This document shows, piece by piece, positions 10,030-20,126 of a DNA stretch of 64,000 nucleotides. How positions within the stretch are numbered: the first letter of the stretch is position 1; each line of letters starts with the position of its first letter. Source of the stretch: a virus (Duplodnaviria; Heunggongvirae; Uroviricota; Caudoviricetes); the IMG/VR virus record IMGVR_UViG_3300032093_008018, positions 18,559 to 82,558 of that record; one strand, given 5' to 3'. The position numbers and the translations under genes are program-made. The notes beneath the pieces were generated by a model that did not search any database, was not told the origin of the DNA, and saw only the letters and a program-made list of their open reading frames with translations.

Positions 10030-10552
10030 CATAAACAAATTTATTTTTAAAGATAAAATTAATAAATTTATACCAAAATTAAAAAATGAATTTGTGACTG
10101 TTCACGGTTACGATACTGGTAACATTCCCCTCTACAGCGAATATATTGGAAACAGTTTAGATCCTCAAAATAAATGGAAAATGCTTGTAATTAAAATTAT
10201 GGGCAAATGGGAAGATAAAAATTTATCTCGATACCCAATATTAACTGAACTAGTTAAAAGTTTTGGTGATACTTGTCGTAGTGCAGGTTACAGTGTTTTA
10301 GACGCAGGCGGAGTTGTTCCGATGCACACTGATACAGAAGAAGGTCACGAAAATTATGTTATTTGTCACGTTCCTCTAATTATTCCTCTCGGAGATGTCG
10401 GATTCTCAGAAGGAGATTATCGAGGAAGATGGTTCGAGGGGGAATGTTTTTTATTAGATGTAGAAACTCCTCATTCGGTTTGGAATCACACATCATCTCC
10501 TAGAGTTGTTGTGTTATTAGAACTTCTTAAGGAAGATGTTTATGAAATTTAA
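10007..10552 (+). CDS. Aspartyl/asparaginyl beta-hydroxylase family Fe(II)/2OG oxygenase
   Basis: 'VVPMHTDTEEGHENYVICHVPLIIPL...RWFEGECFLLDVETPHSVWNHTSSPRVVVLLEL' matches the AspH domain. Confidence 0.7.
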   Translation: MESGMIYDINKFIFKDKINKFIPKLKNEFVTVHGYDTGNIPLYSEYIGNSLDPQNKWKMLVIKIMGKWEDKNLSRYPILTELVKSFGDTCRSAGYSVLDAGGVVPMHTDTEEGHENYVICHVPLIIPLGDVGFSEGDYRGRWFEGECFLLDVETPHSVWNHTSSPRVVVLLELLKEDVYEI

Positions 10553-11153
10553 TAATATAGCAATTACTGGTCATACCAGCGGGATTGGCAAAGGATTATA
10601 TGATTATTTTCTTAATTTAAATTGTAGAGTTAAAGGATTTAGCAAAGACAACGGTTTCGATATCGGTGATAGATCTAATCAAGATATTATTATTTCTTAT
10701 ACAAAAGATTGTGATTTGTTTATCAATAATGCCTATCATTATTATTCTCAAGTAGAACTAATGAAATTATGGCACCAACAACATTGGAATGATCCTCATT
10801 TTATTATAAGTACAAGTTCTATAGCTGCAGAACCATTAGCAGATATACCTAAAAATTTTCCATGGCTTAAAAACTACGGAGAAGAAAAATATGCTATTAA
10901 TAAAGTCAGCTGGGATATAAATCATAGCGGTAGTAAATGTAAAAGCATAGTTATTATGCCAGGTGTTTGTCAAACTAATTTTTATAATCCCTATGACACA
11001 GAAAATCAGAATGGTATAGAATTATATAATAAGGTAATGGATACCAATAGCATAATTACAATTGAAGATCTTACAAAGACTGTTGATTTAATTTTACAGA
11101 GTATCAATGGTAGAAACTTTATTTCAAGTATAACGGTACAAAATGGATATTGA
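10536..11153 (+). CDS. Short-chain dehydrogenase/reductase (SDR) family protein
   Basis: 'ITGHTSGIGKGL' TGxxxGxG Rossmann motif. 'NNAY'. 'YGEEKYAINK' YxxxK. Confidence 0.65.
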   Translation: MFMKFNNIAITGHTSGIGKGLYDYFLNLNCRVKGFSKDNGFDIGDRSNQDIIISYTKDCDLFINNAYHYYSQVELMKLWHQQHWNDPHFIISTSSIAAEPLADIPKNFPWLKNYGEEKYAINKVSWDINHSGSKCKSIVIMPGVCQTNFYNPYDTENQNGIELYNKVMDTNSIITIEDLTKTVDLILQSINGRNFISSITVQNGY

Positions 11154-11562
11154 CAATTGGATTGATCGTATTACCCAACCTAGAGATGAACTTGGTGGAT
11201 TTAGCATTTGTCCGTATGCTAAAGGTTCTAAGTATGAAATTATTGAAACTGATGGATCAGATATCGATCCACCTCCTTGGAATTTTGAGCTCATCATTTA
11301 TAAATTACCGAATGACTATTCCGAAGAAGAAATATTTAAAATTGCGAAAGAATATAACAGCATTTATCCAGAGATGGTTTTCTTACCAGATCCTAAAAAT
11401 AGAATAACCTACATTAATGGTATACAAACTAATAATGGAGAACACAATTTAATTCTGTGCCAGTGGAGAGACGAACTGAATAAAGCGAGAGATAAATTAT
11501 CTAAATCTAGTTATTATACGCACTGGAGTGAAGAATATTTAAAAGAGATTTTAGAAACATGA
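11143..11562 (+). CDS. Hypothetical protein
   Basis: 139-aa ORF with a 4-nt overlap to the downstream radical SAM gene. Confidence 0.4.
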   Translation: MDIDNWIDRITQPRDELGGFSICPYAKGSKYEIIETDGSDIDPPPWNFELIIYKLPNDYSEEEIFKIAKEYNSIYPEMVFLPDPKNRITYINGIQTNNGEHNLILCQWRDELNKARDKLSKSSYYTHWSEEYLKEILET

Positions 11563-13046
11563 ATCACGCATTAATTTTTTGTGTTCACGACTTGGCATTA
11601 AGGAGATTGGCAGGCCCATATAGGATAGCCACATTTCTTCGCGAACACGAATGGGATGTAGAGGTAATAGATTACGTTAAATCATTCACGCTAGAAGAAT
11701 TAAAAGAAGTAGCTAAAATGCGTATAAGTTCTAAAACTATTTTTATTGGTTTCAGTTCTTTTTTTAATGCATGGAGCGACGACGTTGATATTTTTATTGA
11801 CTGGATTAAATCTTCTTATCCTTACATTAGAATAATTGTAGGAGGACAAAGTAAACCTCTAATTAATACTAAAAAAGTCGATTACTATATTCACGGCTAC
11901 GGAGAATTAGCAGTATTAGAACTTGCCAGATCTTTTGTAGGAAATTCGAATAATAAAATAACCCTTGATCCGTTATATCTTGGAAAGAAAAAAGTTATTA
12001 GCGCAAATAAACATTATCCTGCTTTTCCTATGAATCGCCTCACAATAAAATATCAAGATCGAGATGATCTACAACCCTGGGAATGGTTGACGATAGAGTG
12101 CTCTAGAGGTTGTAAATTTCAATGTCCATATTGTAATCATCCGGTTCTTGGTGTTAAGGGAGATTATACTCGATCGGCAGAAGATTTTAAGGAAGATATG
12201 AAAGAAAATTGGGAAAGGTGGGGAATCAAAAATTACTACATGGCCGATGAAACTTTTAATGATCATAGTGAAAAAATAGAAAAATATTCAGATGCTATAC
12301 AACAATTAAATCTTGATACTATTTTTGCAGGATTTATTCGTGCAGACCTTTTAGTTTCTAGAAGAAGAGATTGGGAACCTTTATTAAAGATGGGATTTGT
12401 TGGACATTTTTATGGTATAGAAACTATGAATTATGAAACAGCAAAATTTATTGGAAAGGGAATGAGACCGGAAAAACTCGGAGATGGATTAATCGAAGTA
12501 AAAAATTATTTTTTAAGCAATGGTCCTTACAGAGGGGCACTCGGAATAGTAGTAGGACTTCCGCACGAAACATTAGAAAGTCAGATAAAAACTTTTAATT
12601 GGATTGAAAAAAATTGGCAAGGTGAATGTGTCCATGCATTTCCTTTAGAAATACACGGATCAGAAACTAATGATGTGCAATCTACTATATCAAAAGATAT
12701 GGGAAAATATGGGTATCGACATTCAGATATACCCGAGCCAGAACCTCCAGAGGAAGTCAAATTTTTTGGATCGGCCGAAACACGAGTGAAGCAAGCTAAC
12801 GATAAAGTTATATGGGAAAATGATAACATGACTTATGCAGATGCGTGTAAAATAGTCGATGACTTTTATGTTAAAATTGTAAGAGATGAGATTATAATGA
12901 AATCTAGCATCTGGACTTTTGCTGATTATACCTATCCCGATATTCCTCTTCAAGAAGTATTAGATAAAGTAAAATATTTTGATGCTCCTAAAAATCGAAC
13001 AGGTCCGAGAGAGCGAGAATATGTAGAAAAAAAGTTAAACAAATGA
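11559..13046 (+). CDS. B12-binding (class B) radical SAM enzyme
   Basis: 'SRGCKFQCPYC' CxxxCxxC after a ~180-aa N-terminal domain. Paralog of 20119, 26879 and 28482 ORFs (shared 'YYMADETFNDHSEK'). Confidence 0.75.
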   Translation: MNHALIFCVHDLALRRLAGPYRIATFLREHEWDVEVIDYVKSFTLEELKEVAKMRISSKTIFIGFSSFFNAWSDDVDIFIDWIKSSYPYIRIIVGGQSKPLINTKKVDYYIHGYGELAVLELARSFVGNSNNKITLDPLYLGKKKVISANKHYPAFPMNRLTIKYQDRDDLQPWEWLTIECSRGCKFQCPYCNHPVLGVKGDYTRSAEDFKEDMKENWERWGIKNYYMADETFNDHSEKIEKYSDAIQQLNLDTIFAGFIRADLLVSRRRDWEPLLKMGFVGHFYGIETMNYETAKFIGKGMRPEKLGDGLIEVKNYFLSNGPYRGALGIVVGLPHETLESQIKTFNWIEKNWQGECVHAFPLEIHGSETNDVQSTISKDMGKYGYRHSDIPEPEPPEEVKFFGSAETRVKQANDKVIWENDNMTYADACKIVDDFYVKIVRDEIIMKSSIWTFADYTYPDIPLQEVLDKVKYFDAPKNRTGPREREYVEKKLNK

Positions 13047-14083
13047 TTTATACTAATTGGGATCCGCTTAAAGAAATTATAGTAGGTAACTGTTTTGTTG
13101 ATCATAGTCGAAATAAATTATCTCAAATTTTTATCGAAACTAAAGAAGATTTAGATAATCTAGCAGACTATTTGATTAAAATGGGAATTAAAGTATATCG
13201 TCCCGATGTAACCTATTTTAAAGAAGATATTGATCTAAGCAATTTTAAAATTAAATATGCAACTGCTCCTATTGTTCCCCGAGATCAATATCTAGTTTAT
13301 GGAAATACCATCTATCAAACATATACTAGTATGCCTGATAGATATTTAGACAGCATAAATTACACACATATTTTTAAGGAATTTTTTGATAGAGGTTATA
13401 ATTGGATAAGCATGCCTCCACCAAAATTAGATACACTAGTAGATAGATGGTGGGCAAACGGTGAATATGTCTATCACGAGCAATTAAAGAATCAAGTTCT
13501 ATGGCATACAGCTACAATGTTTAAGTGCGGAGACAAATTAATTACTAATATCAAAGGACCGGGAAATACTCTTGGACTCGAATGGATGAAACGTAATCTT
13601 CCAGAAAATACTATTATTGATGCAGGCAATACACATCAGAAAGGTTTTGGACACATAGATCACGGATGGTTTATGACTAACGATGATCTAATTTTTTGCG
13701 TAAACAAAACTTGGGTACCAGAACCGTTGCATAATAAGCAGATAGTAGAGCTACAAGATCATTTTGAGAAATTCGACGATACAAAATTTATCAATGACTA
13801 TCGAAACACAACAGGCAAATTTAGTGATGCTTGGATCGATAAGTGGCTAACCGAATGGAAAGGGTATGCACAAGAAGTGTTTTTTGATAGTAATGTTTTA
13901 GTTATTGACAGCAACAATATTTTATTCAGCAATCATCAGCCCGGTATTTTTAAAGTCATGGAACGTTACAGCATTAACTGTCATGTAGTACCACAACGCC
14001 ACGGATTATTCTGGGAAGCAGGAATCCACTGTTTAACTTTGGATCTATCTCGTGAGGGTAGAAATCGATCTGTAATCAGTTAA
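13043..14083 (+). CDS. Amidinotransferase superfamily enzyme (AGAT/StrB1-like)
   Basis: C-terminal 'FWEAGIHCLTLDLSREGR' resembles the catalytic-Cys segment recalled for glycine amidinotransferases ('GGFHCWTCDVRRRG'). Confidence 0.55.
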   Translation: MIYTNWDPLKEIIVGNCFVDHSRNKLSQIFIETKEDLDNLADYLIKMGIKVYRPDVTYFKEDIDLSNFKIKYATAPIVPRDQYLVYGNTIYQTYTSMPDRYLDSINYTHIFKEFFDRGYNWISMPPPKLDTLVDRWWANGEYVYHEQLKNQVLWHTATMFKCGDKLITNIKGPGNTLGLEWMKRNLPENTIIDAGNTHQKGFGHIDHGWFMTNDDLIFCVNKTWVPEPLHNKQIVELQDHFEKFDDTKFINDYRNTTGKFSDAWIDKWLTEWKGYAQEVFFDSNVLVIDSNNILFSNHQPGIFKVMERYSINCHVVPQRHGLFWEAGIHCLTLDLSREGRNRSVIS

Positions 14084-15229
14084 GGCTTGTAAAAATCGAT
14101 ATTCAATGTCTTCAAACCAATCGGAAGGTGCATCGAGAGGAATAACAAACAAAACTCCAGTTCCACCTTCGTTCCACATTCCGGCATTAATCCCATATTG
14201 ATATAAAAATCTTTCAAATGTACTGTCCATGGGCTTTTCGTTTAGTAATACTAGATTAAATAAAAGTCCATAATTATTATAATCCTTAATTAATTCTTTG
14301 TCTTTAAATCGCTGACACATTAATTTCCCCCATCTTTCTAATTTAGGTTGATTAATTAATAACTGTTCTCGATCTAATATATTCATATATTCTAATGCAG
14401 AATAAATCCCACTTAGATTGAAACTGTAACTAAAGCCATGCACAAAAACATCATATTTAATTTTATCAAATATTTTTTGATTAGCACAAACGGCACTGAG
14501 AGGAAAATAACCTCCGGTTAATGCTTTACCCATTGTAAAAATATCTGGAATTATTCTTCCAGTCCAACCAAAAAAAGAACCAGTCTTTCCTCCGCACACG
14601 GCGATGTCATCAACAATAAGAACTATATTTTTGCGAGTGCATTCTTCTCTAAGCCCGTTCCAAAAGTTTTCACCAGGATCGTATAATCCGTTTTGCCAAC
14701 TGGCAGTTTCTACAACTACGGCACATAAATCTTCAGTAATCATCTCTAAGTTGTAATCGCTGATGACACATCTTGAATCTTTTCCGAATACATCTGTCAT
14801 ATAAGTAGCATCACTGACACTGCTACTTAAAAATGTACTTCCATGATAAGATTTTCGAAATCCCAAAAATTTATTTTTTTTGTTATACATTTGAGCTAAC
14901 CTTAGTGCTCCTTCGATCGCATCGCTTCCACTCAATGCAAATGCACTTTTGTATCCTCCGCTCATTTTACTAATTCGATCGGTTAATTCTAACACAGCAT
15001 CATTTGTTGTGTAGAATTCTCCGCCGCAAAATGGATTATTGATCATTCTAAGAGATACGAAATCAATAATGTCTTTTCTTTTAAATCCTAGGGGAAAACA
15101 ACCGCAGGCACCCAAACTTAGATCTAAATACTGATTACCATTTTCGATAAACCCATAGTCAGTATATTCTTCTATTTTACGAATCGGTTGTTGATTATTT
15201 TTTGAATAGGGAAATATAATATTGGTCAT
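14045..15229 (-). CDS. Class III PLP-dependent aminotransferase
   Basis: 'VDDIAVCGGKTGSFFGW' matches 'DEVxTGxGRTG'. 'MGKALTGGYFPLSAV' carries the PLP Lys. 'GSDAIEGALRLA'. Confidence 0.8.
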   Translation of the reverse strand: MTNIIFPYSKNNQQPIRKIEEYTDYGFIENGNQYLDLSLGACGCFPLGFKRKDIIDFVSLRMINNPFCGGEFYTTNDAVLELTDRISKMSGGYKSAFALSGSDAIEGALRLAQMYNKKNKFLGFRKSYHGSTFLSSSVSDATYMTDVFGKDSRCVISDYNLEMITEDLCAVVVETASWQNGLYDPGENFWNGLREECTRKNIVLIVDDIAVCGGKTGSFFGWTGRIIPDIFTMGKALTGGYFPLSAVCANQKIFDKIKYDVFVHGFSYSFNLSGIYSALEYMNILDREQLLINQPKLERWGKLMCQRFKDKELIKDYNNYGLLFNLVLLNEKPMDSTFERFLYQYGINAGMWNEGGTGVLFVIPLDAPSDWFEDIEYRFLQALTDYRSISTLTR

Positions 15230-15858
15230 AAAAAACTCAGTGACAACGAAATTCTTTTTTTATGTGGATCTAAATTTTCTACACTATGAATAGTTTTAGT
15301 ATCTAGTTTGTGCCAGGCGCATTCTTTTATTTTAATTTTTTCTACTAAATCTAATCTGTCATATGGAAATACTGTTTGAGCATATGTTTTTAAATGACTG
15401 TATTCTACCTTTGGAGTCCAAAAACATGTGGAGGTTTTATCTCCTCCTGTTTCTATGATATAATTGTAAGCGTAATTTCTCATTTCATCAATGTGTGGGG
15501 TGATTGTTTTTCCACTATGCATTGATTGTATGCTAATGTGTATTACATCAAGATCGATATTCTCTCTAACCCATTTTTTAATTTCATCGTTAACTTCTAA
15601 AAAATCAAAATTTGCTAGATCATCAAAATATTTGAAAGCATCAGATAAATGATAACCCAAAGAATCCTGCGAATTATATTCTATACCAACAATAGCATCA
15701 ATAATTTCTTGGCTTGCTTCTATGTTTAGATTTTTTCTAGCATATTCGACGAATGATGCCGAGTTTTGAAAATTATGAATAGGGTGTTCTACTATGTGAA
15801 TTATTTGATCTCTAATATATTTTGGTACGGGCGGTAAGTCAACATAAGTAAGATACAT
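15226..15858 (-). CDS. Putative cupin/2OG-oxygenase-like protein
   Basis: 'HIDE' HxD. C-terminal 'HSVENLDPHKKRISLSLSFL' resembles the His...Arg-ISxSF ending of TIGR02466/AspH-like proteins. Confidence 0.4.
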   Translation of the reverse strand: MYLTYVDLPPVPKYIRDQIIHIVEHPIHNFQNSASFVEYARKNLNIEASQEIIDAIVGIEYNSQDSLGYHLSDAFKYFDDLANFDFLEVNDEIKKWVRENIDLDVIHISIQSMHSGKTITPHIDEMRNYAYNYIIETGGDKTSTCFWTPKVEYSHLKTYAQTVFPYDRLDLVEKIKIKECAWHKLDTKTIHSVENLDPHKKRISLSLSFL

Positions 15859-15875
15859 GCGGTATTTATAGACTT

Positions 15876-16478
15876 ATGCCAACTAAAGAAATTTTTCCCA
15901 TACTGATTCATACAGCAGAGTATTCTGGAGATATTAAACAACTTCAGAATATGTTATTCCCTAAGATACAACCGTGGTTTGAAGAAACCAAAAAGAATAA
16001 TCAATCGAGCATACGCGGAAAAGGTATATGTTCATATAACATAAAACGAGATTTAAATTTAGATCCATCCTTTATTGAATTAACTGAATTTATAAACAAA
16101 GAAGCAGGAACATATTGGAACAGATTAGGATATAGTAAATCAGGTAAACCAGGTGTTTATGAAATGTGGGTGAATCGATACGAACAAGAATCATTTATTG
16201 ATATGCATAATCATAGTCCTATACACATGACTGCTAGTTTTTATCTTCAGCATCCTACAAATGGTGGAAATATTATATTCGAACATCCCAATGCTATCTT
16301 GCTAAAACACCAGCCATATGATTTTGATCAAATGCGTTACAAATCATTTGAGCAAGAAATTACCGTGAAAACAGGAATGTTAATAATATTTCCCGGGTAT
16401 ATAAATCATAAAACTCAACCCAATCTTTCGAATGAAGATAGAATTATTATAGGATCCAATATATGCAACGTCATTTAG
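15876..16478 (+). CDS. 2OG-Fe(II) oxygenase superfamily protein (TIGR02466-like)
   Basis: 'HNHSPIHMTASFYLQHP' and 'INHKTQPNLSNEDRIIIGSNI' match the pattern of a family common in marine phages. Confidence 0.55.
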   Translation: MPTKEIFPILIHTAEYSGDIKQLQNMLFPKIQPWFEETKKNNQSSIRGKGICSYNIKRDLNLDPSFIELTEFINKEAGTYWNRLGYSKSGKPGVYEMWVNRYEQESFIDMHNHSPIHMTASFYLQHPTNGGNIIFEHPNAILLKHQPYDFDQMRYKSFEQEITVKTGMLIIFPGYINHKTQPNLSNEDRIIIGSNICNVI

Positions 16479-17101
16479 AACCAGAAATAATGAATGAAAA
16501 AAATCAAGTATTGGCGTTTCATCACGGTAGTAGAGATTATGGAATCAAGGGATTTCTTGACTTTTATAAAAAATATGTCAATCTCAAAAAAGGTAAAGTA
16601 GTCGATTTGGGATGTGGTACTGGATCGTATCTATTTGCATTAGAGACGCAATATCCAGACCTATTAATAACCGGCTATGACGCGAGTGAGTATATGATAG
16701 AACTTGGACAAACTATTGTAGAAAATATCAGTAGTGGAGTACGATTAAGATGCGAATATTTTAAAAATGTTAAAGATTCTGCTGATTGCGTAATATCAAC
16801 TAATACACTTCATCACATACATGATTCTAATATTTTTTGGAACTGTGTAAAGAATATTTCAAACAATGTATTCATTATGGATTTGGTTCGTCCTAAAAAC
16901 AAAGATATTGCAAAAAAAATTGTTGGTCAATTGGCTGAAAAAGATAGCGAATTATTTAAAAACGATTATTACAATTCGCTCTTAGCAGCATTCAATGCCG
17001 ACGAATTAAGACAGCAGATTTTAGATACAAAATTAAATCTAATTATCGAGGGAAATACTGATTTTCTACAAGTAGCAATTATATATGGCCAAATACAATA
17101 A
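16463..17101 (+). CDS. Class I SAM-dependent methyltransferase
   Basis: Motif I 'VVDLGCGTGSY'. Acidic residue 'GYDASEYM'. 'ISTNTLHH'. Confidence 0.7.
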   Translation: MQRHLEPEIMNEKNQVLAFHHGSRDYGIKGFLDFYKKYVNLKKGKVVDLGCGTGSYLFALETQYPDLLITGYDASEYMIELGQTIVENISSGVRLRCEYFKNVKDSADCVISTNTLHHIHDSNIFWNCVKNISNNVFIMDLVRPKNKDIAKKIVGQLAEKDSELFKNDYYNSLLAAFNADELRQQILDTKLNLIIEGNTDFLQVAIIYGQIQ

Positions 17102-18146
17102 AATTAAAAATATACAAATTGAAACTAGCACGATTTGTAATGCTGCCTGTCCACAATGTCTCAGAGAATGGTACGAAGGAGATCATAGCTTTTTTAAACA
17201 AACTTATATCCCAACAGAATTCTATGAAGAAAGAATACCAGATCAAATTTATAATGATTTAGAAAGAATAAATTTTTGTGGAACAATGGGAGATCCGTGT
17301 GCGGCACCTAATTTTATAGATGTTTGCAGAATAATAAAAAAGAAAAATCCGAATATAAAATTAACTATAGCAACAAACGGAGGATTGAGATCCGTCGAAT
17401 GGTGGAAAGAATTAGCATCTGTATTAGATCGGACTGATATAGTTATTTTTGGCATTGACGGGCTAGAAAATACAAATTGGATTTATCGAGTAAATGTGAA
17501 GTGGAATAAATTAATGGAGAATGTGAAAGCATTTATTGATGCAGGCGGACATGCCTGGTGGCAATTTATTGTTTTTAAACATAACGAAAAACAAATTGAA
17601 GAAGCTAGAAATTTTTCTCAACAAATGGGATTTAAGAATTTCTTTACTATCTATAATAATAGATTCTTTGTTGAAGAACTTTTTGGAAGAGAAACGTTTG
17701 GTGCCGACGGAAAAAGATTAGAACCTCCAACCATAGAAGAAGAAAAATCAATACTGCTAAAACTTGATAAAAAATCAACTGAAGAGTGGGGAGAGAATTC
17801 CGAGAAGTCTTGTATAAAATGTCAGTCATTAGAAAAGGACGAATTATACATTGATGCCGACACACATCTATTACCGTGTTGTTTTATAGCAGGCGCAAAA
17901 TTTACATTGAACCCGACAGATCCGGACGGGTACTATAAATTATGGACAACCTACGGAGGAGATAAGTTAAAATTATCTTCGCACAACTGGAATGATATTT
18001 TAAACAGTGAATTTTATCTAGAACTAGAAAGGAGTTGGACTAAGAAATTTTCAGAAGGAAGATTGCTTGTTTGCTCCGGAGCATGTTCAGTTGACTTGGA
18101 TGCAAAATTTACCTTATATGTAAACACAAAAGATGCAAAAATATAA
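17085..18146 (+). CDS. Radical SAM/SPASM-domain enzyme (anSME/PqqE-like architecture)
   Basis: N-terminal 'CNAACPQC' CxxxCxxC. C-terminal 'CIKCQS...LLPCCFIAG...CSGACS' SPASM-like cysteines. Confidence 0.75.
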   Translation: MAKYNKIKNIQIETSTICNAACPQCLREWYEGDHSFFKQTYIPTEFYEERIPDQIYNDLERINFCGTMGDPCAAPNFIDVCRIIKKKNPNIKLTIATNGGLRSVEWWKELASVLDRTDIVIFGIDGLENTNWIYRVNVKWNKLMENVKAFIDAGGHAWWQFIVFKHNEKQIEEARNFSQQMGFKNFFTIYNNRFFVEELFGRETFGADGKRLEPPTIEEEKSILLKLDKKSTEEWGENSEKSCIKCQSLEKDELYIDADTHLLPCCFIAGAKFTLNPTDPDGYYKLWTTYGGDKLKLSSHNWNDILNSEFYLELERSWTKKFSEGRLLVCSGACSVDLDAKFTLYVNTKDAKI

Positions 18147-18885
18147 TACTATAGGATTCTTTGGAGATAGCTTTTGCGCAGAGATAGAAAATCATCATAG
18201 CTTATGGTTTAGGTATGACACCTATATAAAAAAATTAAAAAAACATTATTCTTGTGATATAGTAAATCTTGGATATGGAGGGTCGGGCATATGGGATTGT
18301 TATCTAACACAGCTAAAACCATTAATAGACCAAAATAAAGTTCCCGATATATCTGTATTTGTATGGAGTTTACCGGGTCGATTATATCATAAAAAAGTAA
18401 GAAGACTAAATAGTGCAGATGCAATTAATCCAAAATTTCATACATTTAATCCATTATATTGGAAAGTATGGAAAGCTGCTCAATTATATTATAATGAATT
18501 GTTTAATTGGGAAAAAGAGGAACTTGAATATATTTCTGCATTAAGATATTTCGACGACGAAATTTTATCAAAATTACCTACAAAAATTATTCATCTATGG
18601 ACTGCCGGTAAAACAAGTGATTGGTCTACTGACAGTACAAAACCAAATAATGTTACGTATCATCATACATGGAAGCACGGAGTTGAGATTCGTCCCCCAT
18701 TATTAAGTTTAAGTTTAACTGATCATGATATAAAAATTTTACAAACAGATCAAAGAGCTAATCACCTCGATGGGGAAATAAAAAATACCTTAGTTTTTAA
18801 TTGGATAAAACATAGCATTGAAAATTATCAAAATGGATTGTGTTTAGATTTTACAGATAAAGTGGAAACTTTTTGGAACCAATGA
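18133..18885 (+). CDS. Putative SGNH/GDSL-like hydrolase
   Basis: N-terminal 'IGFFGDSFCA' GDS motif and 'GYGGSG'. Weak evidence. Confidence 0.35.
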   Translation: MQKYNTIGFFGDSFCAEIENHHSLWFRYDTYIKKLKKHYSCDIVNLGYGGSGIWDCYLTQLKPLIDQNKVPDISVFVWSLPGRLYHKKVRRLNSADAINPKFHTFNPLYWKVWKAAQLYYNELFNWEKEELEYISALRYFDDEILSKLPTKIIHLWTAGKTSDWSTDSTKPNNVTYHHTWKHGVEIRPPLLSLSLTDHDIKILQTDQRANHLDGEIKNTLVFNWIKHSIENYQNGLCLDFTDKVETFWNQ

Positions 18886-20126
18886 CTCCAGCATATATTT
18901 TTTATTCTCTAAACATCAACGGAAAATTAATTGTTTCGGCAAAAGACATTGACGGAAATGATATTTTTACAGATAACATAATAAGTGAAAAAATAAAACA
19001 ATTATCCACTAACGTATCTGTTATTGTTTTTAATATGTTTAGCGGATTTTCTATTGACATCCCATCGACTATCCTTAGAGATTTAGAATTTATTAAATCA
19101 TTTAAACATCATATATTTTTTCATGGAATGGAACCCGCGGTTAAACTTATTGAAGATAGAATTATTGAATCTCCAGAATATCAGCCAGTATATGAATTTT
19201 TAACTGTTTATCATAATCTTGTTACTCCAAATACATTAGAGTATATTGACAATGATTTTTCAATTAAATCAAGTTTTAGAAAATGGGCTAGAGCTTTAAA
19301 GACTAAACCTAAATTTGCAGTATCTTGTGTTGACAACCTATTGTACGGAAAAGTTCTATTAAATTTTACAATGTTATTTTTTAAATCTTCTTCTGATCCA
19401 GAAATGTTTTTTAGAACAACATTCCAAGAAATTAGGAAACAATACCGCCACACACATTTATTCAACTCTTTTAATAGACAGCGTCGCTGGAATAGAGAAT
19501 TAATATTTTACCTACTGTGGAAAAATAATCTATTAGACGATGGAATTTTATCCATGCATCAAAAAAATTATAATTTAAGATTTTTAAAAATATGTGAAAA
19601 ATTTAATTTAAATGTCTCTGAGGAAGAATTAAATCAAATTAATAAACTTCTTCCTATTAAGATAGACAATTTAGAAATACCAAATTTTAAATTAACCCAC
19701 GGTACGCACGAATATTTTGTTTCAAATTTTTACAATGATCAAATGTTTATGGCGCCGATTAATGTTGTCACTGAGACCTTTTTTGTTCAAAATATCATAA
19801 CACACAGTGAAAAAATTTTAAGACCTATTTTACTAGGGCAAATTATCTTACCTTTAGCTACATATAATCTATGCCATGCTTTGGAAGAAAAATTTAATTT
19901 TAAATTTTCAAAATCAACATTAGAAATTGATAAAATTAAAGATCCAGTTGAAAGAGCAAATGCAGTTATTAAAAAATTAATTTTTTTTAAAAATGATCAA
20001 AAATCACTATATCAGGAATTAGATTATGTTAATGATAACTATAATCATAACCTTGATATGATTCTGCTAAATTCTTCAGATAACATATTATTAAATATTA
20101 AAAAGTTAGTGAAAAAATATGTTTAA
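18873..20126 (+). CDS. Hypothetical protein
   Basis: 417-aa ORF. No motif recognised. Confidence 0.45.
   Translation: MEPMTPAYIFYSLNINGKLIVSAKDIDGNDIFTDNIISEKIKQLSTNVSVIVFNMFSGFSIDIPSTILRDLEFIKSFKHHIFFHGMEPAVKLIEDRIIESPEYQPVYEFLTVYHNLVTPNTLEYIDNDFSIKSSFRKWARALKTKPKFAVSCVDNLLYGKVLLNFTMLFFKSSSDPEMFFRTTFQEIRKQYRHTHLFNSFNRQRRWNRELIFYLLWKNNLLDDGILSMHQKNYNLRFLKICEKFNLNVSEEELNQINKLLPIKIDNLEIPNFKLTHGTHEYFVSNFYNDQMFMAPINVVTETFFVQNIITHSEKILRPILLGQIILPLATYNLCHALEEKFNFKFSKSTLEIDKIKDPVERANAVIKKLIFFKNDQKSLYQELDYVNDNYNHNLDMILLNSSDNILLNIKKLVKKYV

Noticed and set aside
9799-10552. Possibility that 9799..10029 and 10007..10552 form one frameshifted gene
   Set aside because: The downstream ORF contains a complete AspH domain on its own, and the upstream fragment ends right after the metal-binding motif of a different paralog type. 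A separate truncated pseudogene is more likely than programmed frameshifting. A sequencing error cannot be excluded.
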